Part shown: positions 51,268 through 59,023 of the stretch, piece by piece | Numbering within the stretch: the first letter of the stretch is position 1 | Layout: each line of letters opens with the position of its first letter | Notes under the pieces: generated by a model | What the model was told of the DNA's origin: nothing | What the model saw: only the letters and a program-made list of their open reading frames with translations | The model's database searches: none | Made by a program: the position numbers and the translations under genes | DNA from: Candidatus Beckwithbacteria bacterium | Lineage (GTDB): Bacteria; Patescibacteriota; Microgenomatia; UBA1400; CG1-02-47-37 | Direction of reading: 5' to 3' | DNA: 59,023 bases | NCBI GenBank assembly: GCA_026397255.1 | Contig: JAPLVF010000014.1 | Location: 1-59,023 of the forward strand

Positions 51268-51831
51268 ATGGATGAGAGTAAATTAGCGCGGGCAAGACAG
51301 AAAATGGACGGGGTAATTCAATTGGTTAAAGATGATTTATTAAGCGTGCAGACCGGCCGGGCCAAACCGGCAATGGTGGAAAATGTCAAAGTAGCGGCTT
51401 ATGAAGGCTCGGGGCCGATGGAGATAAGAGAATTAGCGACAATTTCGGCACCGGACCCGCACAGCCTGGTGATTAAACCCTGGGACCAAACGGTTTTAGC
51501 CAAGATTGCCAAAGCCCTTCAGGAAGCTAATTTGGGAATTAATCCGGTGGTGGACAACGAGATTATCCGGCTGTCTATACCGGCATTAACTGAGGAAAGA
51601 CGGCAGGAGTTGGTCAAGTCAGTTAAACAAAAAATTGAAGGCGGCAAAGCAATGCTGCGACAAGCCCGGGGGGAAGCTAAAAAAGAAATCGATGACCAAA
51701 AAGGCGTGGCCGGCGTGTCCGAAGACGACATTTTTAGGTTAAACGAGAAACTGCAAGGGGTAGTGGATGAATATAATAAGAAATTAGATGAGCTGGAGAA
51801 AGTTAAAGAACAAGAGCTGATGCAAATATAA
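51268..51831 (+). CDS. frr: Ribosome recycling factor
   Basis: LLSVQTGRAKPAMVENVKV, and PALTEERRQELVK. Confidence 0.95.
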   Translation: MDESKLARARQKMDGVIQLVKDDLLSVQTGRAKPAMVENVKVAAYEGSGPMEIRELATISAPDPHSLVIKPWDQTVLAKIAKALQEANLGINPVVDNEIIRLSIPALTEERRQELVKSVKQKIEGGKAMLRQARGEAKKEIDDQKGVAGVSEDDIFRLNEKLQGVVDEYNKKLDELEKVKEQELMQI

Positions 51832-52880
51832 TGGCGATTTTAAGCTTTCTTATAATTCTTTCAATTTTGGTTTTTGTCCACGAGCTGGGACATTTTTTGG
51901 CGGCGAAAAAGTTAAAAGTCAAAGTGGAAGAGTTTGGTTTCGGCTACCCGCCGAGAATTTTAGGGATTAAAAAGCGGGGAACAATTTACAGTTTAAATCT
52001 TTTGCCGTTTGGGGGATTTGTCAGAATGCGAGGTGAAGATCCTTCGACTTCGCTCAGGGCAGGTTTGCCTCAAGCTAAAGGAGCCTTTTTTTTGAAATCA
52101 AAACGAGTACGGTTGATAATTTTAATTGCCGGCGTGGTAATGAATTTTATCTTGGGAGTGGTGCTGTTCGGGGCGATTTACACCAAAACCGGCATTCCCC
52201 AGAAAACTGATTATTTGACTTTAACTGCCGTAGCGGTTGGCTCACCGGCGGAAAAGTCGGGCCTGAAACCGGACGACAAAATTTTGGGTTTTAAGGGGAG
52301 CGAAGAATTTATTAATTATATTAACGATCAGCGCGGCCAAGAAATAAGATTAAAGATTAAAGATGGACGAGAGTTGACTGTTATACCCAGATTGGTCCAG
52401 GACACGCCGGAAGGCCAGGGGGCGCTGGGAGTAGGAATAACTGATACAGAGACGGTATTTTACCCGATTTGGCAGCGGCCGTTTCGGGGAATGTGGCTGG
52501 GATTGCAGGAGGCGCTGGCTTGGGGCGGGGAGATTTTGGCCGGTTTGGGAACAATGATCGCTGGTTTGTTACACGGACAGATGCCGAAAGACGTAGCCGG
52601 GCCGGTGGGAATTTATCAAATCAGCAAAACCGTGGCCAAGGCCGGCTTTTTAGCGGTTTTACAGTTTATGGGGATTTTGTCAGTTAATTTGGCAATTTTA
52701 AATTTGCTGCCTTTGCCGGCCTTAGACGGGGGCAGGTTGCTGTTTCTGGGGATAGAAGCGGTGACGCGCAAGCGGATTAAACCGGGAATTGAGCAGGCGA
52801 TCCATATGGCAGGAATGTTAGTATTAATTGGTTTGATGGTGTTAGTGACAATCGGAGATATTAAAAGGTTGATGGGGTAG
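51831..52880 (+). CDS. rseP: RseP/RIP-type M50 zinc metalloprotease with PDZ domain
   Basis: HELGHF (HExxH), PDZ-like GSPAEKSGLKPDDKIL, and NLLPLPALDGG. Confidence 0.85.
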   Translation: MAILSFLIILSILVFVHELGHFLAAKKLKVKVEEFGFGYPPRILGIKKRGTIYSLNLLPFGGFVRMRGEDPSTSLRAGLPQAKGAFFLKSKRVRLIILIAGVVMNFILGVVLFGAIYTKTGIPQKTDYLTLTAVAVGSPAEKSGLKPDDKILGFKGSEEFINYINDQRGQEIRLKIKDGRELTVIPRLVQDTPEGQGALGVGITDTETVFYPIWQRPFRGMWLGLQEALAWGGEILAGLGTMIAGLLHGQMPKDVAGPVGIYQISKTVAKAGFLAVLQFMGILSVNLAILNLLPLPALDGGRLLFLGIEAVTRKRIKPGIEQAIHMAGMLVLIGLMVLVTIGDIKRLMG

Positions 52881-52902
52881 TTTTGTGTTATAATTGAGAT
52901 AT

Positions 52903-53151
52903 ATGAAAAAAATTAAAAAATCTGTTAAAAAATTCGGTCTTAATGCCTTGGTTTGGCGTGAGGGTGATTGGTTTGTGGCGAAAGCGGTGGAAATTGAAGT
53001 TGCCAGTCAGGGGAAAACCGTTAAGCAGGCATTAGTGAATCTTCAGGAAGCGCTGGAACTTTATTTTGAAGACGAAAAAGTGCCGGTTGATGATGTTATT
53101 TTGCCTGATCTGAGGCTGGAGAAACTCTTTCCCAATATTCGGTATGCCTAG
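52903..53151 (+). CDS. hicB: HicB-like antitoxin (module 1)
   Basis: REGDWFVAKAVEIEVASQGKTVKQALVNLQEALELYFED is the UPF0150/HicB N-domain pattern. Extended -10 TGTTATAAT lies 8 nt upstream. Confidence 0.65.
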   Translation: MKKIKKSVKKFGLNALVWREGDWFVAKAVEIEVASQGKTVKQALVNLQEALELYFEDEKVPVDDVILPDLRLEKLFPNIRYA

Positions 53152-53242
53152 ATTTTACTCGGCCAAAGAGTTAATCAAAAGATTAAAAAGACTAGGTTTC
53201 ACAATTATTTCCCAGAAGGGCTCATTTGCAAAATTAAATTAA
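53144..53242 (+). pseudogene. hicA: Truncated, degenerate HicA toxin remnant (32 codons)
   Basis: Own translation: MPRFYSAKELIKRLKRLGFTIISQKGSFAKLN*. It aligns with the N-terminus of the intact HicA at 53534, but the GSH His is replaced (GSF) and the frame stops early. Confidence 0.6.
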
Positions 53243-53301
53243 AGGGGTTATTATAGGGTAGTTATGATTTTTGTCAGGAAAAGTGTTACAATTAATTACA
53301 T

Positions 53302-53556
53302 ATGCCAAAAGTTTTAAATTATCGAGTGCTCATTGAACAGGACGAAGACGGGGTTTTTGTGGCTTCGGCGCCGTCTCTGCAAGGTTGTTATACAGAGGGA
53401 GATACTTTTGAAGAAGCGATGAGGAATATTAAAGACGTGATTAAGCTTCATTTGAAAGCAAGAAAGACGAATGTTTCTCTTCCCGATGACAGCCAGACAG
53501 AATTTGTCGGTATTAAGAATTTAATTTTTCCTTATGGCTTATTTGCCAATTCTTAA
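53302..53556 (+). CDS. hicB: HicB-family antitoxin (module 2)
   Basis: YRVLIEQDEDGVFVASAPSLQGCYTEGDTFEEAMRNIKDVIKLHL. Confidence 0.75.
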   Translation: MPKVLNYRVLIEQDEDGVFVASAPSLQGCYTEGDTFEEAMRNIKDVIKLHLKARKTNVSLPDDSQTEFVGIKNLIFPYGLFANS

Positions 53557-53752
53557 ACCGAATGAGTTGGTTAGGATAATTGAGAAACAGGGTTTTTCTA
53601 AAGATCGGCAGAGTGGTAGTCACGCTATATTTTCCCATAAAGACGGTCGATGGACTTCGGTGCCAATTCACAGAAAAACCATTGGTAAGGGTTTATTGCG
53701 CAAAATTCTTCGAGACATTCAATTAACGGTAAATGATATTAAAAGAAAATAA
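53534..53752 (+). CDS. hicA: HicA-family mRNA interferase toxin (module 2)
   Basis: LKPNELVRIIEKQGFSKDRQSGSHAIFSHKDGRWTSVPIHRKTIGKGLLRKILRDI. Overlaps hicB by 23 nt. Confidence 0.8.
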   Translation: MAYLPILKPNELVRIIEKQGFSKDRQSGSHAIFSHKDGRWTSVPIHRKTIGKGLLRKILRDIQLTVNDIKRK

Positions 53753-53807
53753 GGCGCATTTGTATAATTAAATTGTATGTGATATTATAGGGTATAATAT
53801 ACCTTAT

Positions 53808-56327
53808 ATGACAAATGCTGATAAGGCTTTTTTAAATATGTCAATGCCATTAGGTGAAGGAATCAGAGCGCGGACAGAGGCCCGTTTGAATCGGCCGCTC
53901 GTAAGAAACGCTGATGAAACTAGCATTCAGGGACAAGTGGATCAATTACAGGTACAAGATTTTGTTGCTTTTGCTATAGATCATCTTTTAAGTTTAAACG
54001 GACCGGAAACAACGGTGGACCGTTTAAAAAAAACCGATCCACAAACTGCGAGAGAGTTAATAAAGCAAGAGACTCGAGAGAATTGGAGTTTAATTTTAGA
54101 TGGGAAACCTAATAAGAAGGCTTTAGCAAGATATGGGGCAATTACTTTGGTAAGTCTGACTGGCTTGGCTGTATTGGCGGCGTGTTTAGGCCGCAGTCCT
54201 ACGCCAGGCGGCGGCGGAAGCACAGCCACAGCGACACCTGATTTGTGTTCCAATTTATTACATGCGGCGACAATTTATTCAGCGCAAGTGGAGCAGGCGG
54301 TGGTAATTACTCCGGATGCTTTGGTTAATACAGCCGCTCTTAATCAGCAATTGGTTTGTTATGATAGCCATTTAACAGCGACGGCGATTTTGCCGGATGC
54401 CGACGGAATCGCTAACGGCGGGGCAATTTTAAGCTTGGCAGTGGCGGGCGTAGATTCAAACAATCAGCCCACCCTGACAGGTTATTTAGGGGTGGAATTG
54501 AAGCCGGTGGATATTGATAATAACGGCCAGTTGGAAGCGCCGATAATGGTGGTCGATCCGGACGGAGTCAGATGGCAGGATAACGGCGGGAGCCAATTGA
54601 TAGCGACTTTGCCCCAAGTGGCGGTTAATGCCCAGACCGGACAATTAGAGCCAACCGGAGATATGGTCAGGATAACGGCAGATAAAACAGACAACGGGAT
54701 TAATTTTGCTCTGACAGCCGGCGATCAGCAAATTACGATAGCTAACGACCAATTGAGAAGTTTAGGAGCAGGGTTGCAATTAGCGGAAAATGCCAGGGCC
54801 ATAATTGAAGCGAGAGCGCAACTGGCGGCAGAGTTTGTAGCGGGCGTCAGCCCGGAGCAATTTTTAAACGGAGAGGCGATTCAAAACGGCTTTACTTTGC
54901 CGGATGATGTCCGGGCCTTGGCCCGGGCCAATCACTTGGCGCCGATCCAGGATGAAAATAAAATTGTCGGTTGGGTTCCTACAGCGGGAGAACTAAGCGT
55001 GATGCTGACGGACCATTTGGTCAGCGGAGCAAAACTAATGCAGATGGATGACGGCCGGGTGACTTATAGCTTTGACGGCCAGCCGGGTTCAATTGCCGTG
55101 CATGATTTTCCGGTAATAGAGGGCGTCGGCGGAGCGGCCTTTGTGGCGCAGAAAGACAATCCCTGGGGATTAAAAGAAGGCACAGTGGTAGTGTGGTTTT
55201 TTACAGGCGGGGGGAAAGCGCCGAGTGTGGTGTTAAACCAGGATGTGCCGCTAAGGATTATGGTGGATGCGCCAAATAAAATTAGTGTAGCGCAAACGCC
55301 AAATGGTCTGACATTAACGTCAACCGACCAAGCCGGGCTAGAAATAGAAAAACAAAAGGTGGAGTTTTTGCCGCCTCTGCCGCCGGAATTTCTGGCTCAG
55401 CTAAGTGGCACAAATTTTAGCTACGAATCCGGGAACTTGGTGTACACGACACCGGATGGGGAGAAGATTACTATACCGGGAATGTTTTATACCGGAGGAC
55501 TGAGTGTAGATTTGGGTAGAGGAAAGGTTATCATTGTCCCGTTTGATGAATTGGTAGATAGAGTGAAGATTGGGCAAGGTGACATTTTGCAGATTTATGA
55601 CCAAAAAGGCGAAATTGTTGGTTTTTTTGACTGGAAAAATGAAGTTTGGGTGGATATAGTCACTTTACGGCCTGACTTTGAATCAATGACGGATGATCAA
55701 CTGCTTAGTGAAACACAAAGGTTGGGTGAATTTTTCGCAAAGCAGATTGATTGCACTGCCGGATTAGAGGGTTTGTTGGTTTCAACCCAAGCGCCGGAGC
55801 GGGTGACGGGAGGAAATTATACTTGGGAGGCGGAGTATTTGGGGGTTTGGCAAATGCCTTTAACTAATGAAGACGGGTTACCGGTAGGACATATAAATTG
55901 TCTATATTTTGGAGCTCCCGGAGACAGTGTGGCTAATAGACAAGTATTTGCCGTTTGGGGTGGAGGAAAGTTGTGGGGAGAGATACTTCCGTTTGGTGCG
56001 GATACAAATTTATTTGGAGTGCCACAAATGGTATATGGATACGAAACTGTTAATCCTGAATATATAAATACATTACTCCAACCGGGAACAATGTATAAAT
56101 TACTCATGACTCCCAAGAGGGATACGTGGAGTAACAAAAATCATGAAGAAAAAATTGTCGAGACTAAAAGACCGGTAAATCGCGGATTTGGATGGATTAA
56201 TGGACCAGTTGTTTTTAGAATGACTGAAGCACTTATAAAAAGATTGGTTGCTGATCCCTCGCAAATAGGAATTTTTAACAATCCGGCAGTGCCTGATCCG
56301 GCATACATAAAGCCAGGCAGTAAATAA
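53808..56327 (+). CDS. Large (839 aa) membrane-anchored or lipoprotein-like surface protein of unknown function
   Basis: N-terminal cytoplasmic region of about 105 aa, TM/lipobox-like ITLVSLTGLAVLAACLG, Gly/Thr linker, ectodomain of about 700 aa. TATAAT lies 9 nt before the ATG. Confidence 0.6.
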   Translation: MTNADKAFLNMSMPLGEGIRARTEARLNRPLVRNADETSIQGQVDQLQVQDFVAFAIDHLLSLNGPETTVDRLKKTDPQTARELIKQETRENWSLILDGKPNKKALARYGAITLVSLTGLAVLAACLGRSPTPGGGGSTATATPDLCSNLLHAATIYSAQVEQAVVITPDALVNTAALNQQLVCYDSHLTATAILPDADGIANGGAILSLAVAGVDSNNQPTLTGYLGVELKPVDIDNNGQLEAPIMVVDPDGVRWQDNGGSQLIATLPQVAVNAQTGQLEPTGDMVRITADKTDNGINFALTAGDQQITIANDQLRSLGAGLQLAENARAIIEARAQLAAEFVAGVSPEQFLNGEAIQNGFTLPDDVRALARANHLAPIQDENKIVGWVPTAGELSVMLTDHLVSGAKLMQMDDGRVTYSFDGQPGSIAVHDFPVIEGVGGAAFVAQKDNPWGLKEGTVVVWFFTGGGKAPSVVLNQDVPLRIMVDAPNKISVAQTPNGLTLTSTDQAGLEIEKQKVEFLPPLPPEFLAQLSGTNFSYESGNLVYTTPDGEKITIPGMFYTGGLSVDLGRGKVIIVPFDELVDRVKIGQGDILQIYDQKGEIVGFFDWKNEVWVDIVTLRPDFESMTDDQLLSETQRLGEFFAKQIDCTAGLEGLLVSTQAPERVTGGNYTWEAEYLGVWQMPLTNEDGLPVGHINCLYFGAPGDSVANRQVFAVWGGGKLWGEILPFGADTNLFGVPQMVYGYETVNPEYINTLLQPGTMYKLLMTPKRDTWSNKNHEEKIVETKRPVNRGFGWINGPVVFRMTEALIKRLVADPSQIGIFNNPAVPDPAYIKPGSK

Positions 56328-56368
56328 CACGCTTTTGAATTAAGTCTTTTTTTGCTATAGTTAAAAGG

Positions 56369-58411
56369 ATGAAGCAGTTTGGCTGGTTTATTTTTTCACT
56401 ATTAGTGGTATTGATGTTGGGATTGTGGCAAGCGCCAAAAGCAATAGCCGGTCAATATTGTGCGGGAGAGCGTGTGGTAGATTATCACTGGATAGGGTGT
56501 AGTGAAAAAACAGGTCTTGAAGGTTGGTGTTACAATGATGACTATACTAGTCAGTGGTATATTTCTTGTCCTCATGCAAACTGTTCGTCAGGAGGATATT
56601 ATGATAAGACTTCAAGATGCAGAAAGTCTGATGGTACAGGCCGTGGTGATACTGATAATGTTTGTGATGGAGACTATCCGGGTGAGACGCATTGTGATCC
56701 AAACCCTGATGTAGGATGTTATCCAGTTTCTGACTATCAAAATTTAAGTAGCAGTTGGGGTTACACTCAGTGTTATGTGACTTGCGATGAGAATAATTGG
56801 AGTGAGTGCGATTGCGACACAAATTTAAAGACGAATGATTGCGGGGATACAGTGCCATGCAGCTGTGGAGGTCCATCACCATCGTCGTCGCCGGGGACGT
56901 CGCCATCGCCATCGCCTTCGCCCTCGCCCTCGCCATCGCCGAGCTGTACAGTTGGAACTTGGACAAATGATAGCTGTGGTGGTGGTGATTGTGAGACTGA
57001 TCAAATGAGGCAAACAAAGACAGATTCTCCGGTAAATTGCAGTCCGCCTTCCGTACGGTGTGTAGATGATCCTACCTGCCGTCCCGATGTTTGTGATAGT
57101 TCCTCAATTGATGGCACTGTCCTTAAAGATGGTTCTCCAATTGAGATTACAATGACCGGCGATCCGCCTAAATCAACAATAGACTACTTTACGCTGGCTT
57201 TTTACAACAAGGACAATCTTGGTCCACCTCCAAATTATACCCCCAAACCTATCTGGTTTACGGGTAGCACTCAGTATGGAAGAATATGCTATGCCGCCAC
57301 GGGAGGGACGGATTGTACAATAAGCACTGATAAAAAAAGCGCCACTTTTACCATTTACTATGACGAGTTGAACCATCCTGATTTAAATTGGGGAGGCAAT
57401 TATCCGACTGATATCCAAGTTAATGGCTACTTCAGGCTGAGCGATGGAGGAGTTTCCCGGGCTGACGGAAAAAAAGTTTCACTGTTGGTACACCTAGCTG
57501 CAACGTTACTCTGACACCAGCTAATAGTTCGGTAGTCAATGGGCAGACAAAACTTTATACTGCCTACGTTAATATGCCCGGCTGGAATATTGAGAGAGTT
57601 GATTTTTCTGCGGAAGACCCTCTTGTGGCTAGTGTTAATCCCTCTTCTGTTTGGACTACTATTCTTGACCAGACTATTTACCAGACTACAGCAAAAGGTC
57701 TAAAGATAGGTTCAACCCATATAAACGCCAATGTGATAAAGCCAGCGGGCCCACCCTGTCCGGCTGCTGCATCTATACAAGTTACCAATCCGGGACCTTG
57801 GTGGCAGGTGGTGGGCGGGAATGTCCATGCTAATGGCGGCGATGTCAGTTCAAATATTCCCAGCACAGCCACAAAGCCGTATTTAATTACTGAGGCGGCA
57901 AACCATACAACCGGTTTAGCCTCTTATACCGGCGCGCTCGATACAGGTTATGGAACTATCAGTGAAGACGGCAATAATTGGCAGGCGCAGACAACTTATC
58001 ACGGGGGACCAACAGGTTATGATTATTTTAACAGGAGGAAATTGGTCAATCGATAGCGGCATCAAGGCGGTAATTTTAGTGCCGAATGATCTGATAATTA
58101 CTCAAAATATTAGTGTGGCTAAGGGCGGATTTTTGGCGATAATTGCTTCAGGGAATATCGAGGTTGAGCCAAGCGTGAAGAATCTTCAAGGTGTGTATAT
58201 TGCTGATGAGGTAATTGATACTGGGGGGCTCACGAATCCATTACAGGCAGAGGGAATTTTTGTCGGTTGGGGAGGAATTAATCTGCAACGGAATTTAACG
58301 GATAATAGTCATCTACCGGCGGAGAGATTTACTTACCGGGGAGATTTAGTGGTGAATGCTTACCGATATTTATTAAAGCCGCATATTAATTGGCAGGAGG
58401 TGGCGCCGTAA
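56369..58411 (+). pseudogene. Secreted Cys-rich surface protein gene split into three ORFs (56369-57514, 57574-58056, 57950-58411) by two compensating frameshifts
   Basis: Signal peptide MKQFGWFIFSLLVVLMLGLWQAPKAIAG, many Cys, and a (SP)n linker. Reading -1 at A7 (57469-57475) joins ..RADGKK to SFTVGTPSCNVTL...MPGWNIERV. Removing one G of G5 (58003-58007) joins ..TTYHG to DQQVMIILTGGNWSIDSG. Confidence 0.55.
56900..56941 (+). repeat. Imperfect hexanucleotide repeat (TCGCCN)7 encoding an SPSPSPSPSPSPSP linker
   Basis: Direct reading of the sequence. Confidence 0.9.
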
Positions 58412-58414
58412 GAT

Positions 58415-58987
58415 ATGAAGAGAAAATCGCTGACGATTTTATTATTAATTTTGGTCGGGGGATTAAGTTTGGTGGTTTTTTGGCTTTATAAACAGGTGAG
58501 TCTTGAAAAACAAAATCAAGCGGCTCAAACCCTTCAAGTGGCTCAAACCCCTGAATATCCGTATTTTCCGGCTAAGGCAGAAACATATTTAGATGCAGAG
58601 AAAACCTGGCAGAGAAAATCGTTTCAGCCGATTTTTAAAGAATTTGTGGAAGCGGATAACAAAAGGTATTTAGTGGTCAATTATTCCACCGGTGCCAGTG
58701 GAACTTTAGAGGAAGGGAAAATTTTTGTCACTAGAGGAATTCCATATATCGATGAACAGGCTAAAACGACAATTATTGATAGCTTAACATTAAAGGATAA
58801 GTTAAAGCCGGGAGATAGATTCGGAGTGGATTATTTATCTCAAATACCCCAAGATTTTTCTTTAAAGATGCCTCATTGTCAGAATCAGGCGATTGAATGT
58901 CTGCTGGCCGCTTATAAGCAGGAAAGCGATAAAAAAGGCGAGAAAGCGTTTTATGCAATGTTTATTTATCGGATTTTAAAGAAGTAG
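58415..58987 (+). CDS. Hypothetical membrane-anchored protein (190 aa)
   Basis: N-terminal TM LTILLLILVGGLSLVVFWLY. The start lies 4 nt after the preceding stop. Confidence 0.5.
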   Translation: MKRKSLTILLLILVGGLSLVVFWLYKQVSLEKQNQAAQTLQVAQTPEYPYFPAKAETYLDAEKTWQRKSFQPIFKEFVEADNKRYLVVNYSTGASGTLEEGKIFVTRGIPYIDEQAKTTIIDSLTLKDKLKPGDRFGVDYLSQIPQDFSLKMPHCQNQAIECLLAAYKQESDKKGEKAFYAMFIYRILKK

Positions 58988-59023
58988 GGAGTGTGGTAAA
59001 TTAGAGGGATGAGATATTCTTTA

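Noticed and set aside
52041-52075. PSTSLRAGLPQAK segment of RseP as another in-frame repeat element
   Set aside because: The DNA is GC-rich but shows no convincing inverted repeat and has no second copy in the window. Only the octamer ACTTCGCT is shared with a few other sites, which is too weak.
56900-56941. Short tandem repeats considered as a possible CRISPR or minisatellite
   Set aside because: This is a 6-nt in-frame periodicity encoding an (SP)n linker, with no repeat-spacer structure. I could find no CRISPR array anywhere in the window.
56547-57017. 156-aa His-rich minus-strand ORF, plus other long antisense ORFs (for example 1417-1668, 1512-1808, 3506-3988, 24055-24564, 42420-42812)
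   Set aside because: All are embedded antisense in confidently identified genes, have low-complexity or biased composition, and have no motifs or start context.
59009-59023. Start of another gene (ATGAGATATTCTTTA) at the right edge
   Set aside because: Only 5 codons are visible, too few to support a feature.

Overview
The window reads as a gene-dense chromosomal segment (about 75 CDS and 5 tRNAs) of a small-genome bacterium. Short EF-Ts, a CBS-less IMPDH, many fused or extended housekeeping proteins and many ATGA start/stop overlaps suggest CPR/Patescibacteria, but that is inference only. There is no rRNA, CRISPR array, transposase or integrase. All product calls come from motifs I recognise in the translations; no database search was possible.

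Content from left to right:
- A membrane-anchored HTH protein that runs off the left edge.
- mreB copy 1 with cell-envelope glycosyltransferases and an aldehyde dehydrogenase.
- secE-nusG-rplKAJL on the minus strand, interrupted by an opposite-strand ORF.
- galU, nfo and rpoD.
- A tRNA/rpmG cluster with a small tRNA-flanked islet and a stand-alone GGDEF protein.
- rpmB, nadD, and fmt/def split by an AbiE-like module.
- mreB copy 2, PBP2, dprA and topA.
- A roughly 19 kb nucleotide-metabolism supercluster (31.0-50.1 kb): class II RNR, TK-dNK fusion, tmk, cdd, nucleoside phosphorylases, pyrD/E/F, prs, guaB, guaA, PRTases, a second dNK, an HD-like protein and glyA.
- rpsB-tsf-frr-rseP, then two tandem HicB-HicA modules.
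- A locus of large lineage-specific surface proteins.

Most interesting observations:
1. A class II aaRS/AsnA-like ligase fused to an MGS-like (CarB allosteric-type) domain heads the pyrD-pyrE-pyrF operon, in the position where carAB/pyrB/pyrC would be expected.
2. Several families of short GC-rich palindromes are embedded in-frame in unrelated, mostly essential genes. They are near-identical at the DNA level.
3. A shared promoter, terminator hairpin and CCGCCAAAGGCGGACAAG leader module precedes both the pyr and the gua operons.
4. A 41-nt AT-rich element is shared upstream of rpmB and rpsB.
5. Good -10 boxes sit 6-10 nt upstream of at least ten start codons, which predicts leaderless or near-leaderless mRNAs.
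6. A Cys-rich surface protein gene is split by two compensating frameshifts at an A7 and a G5 tract.
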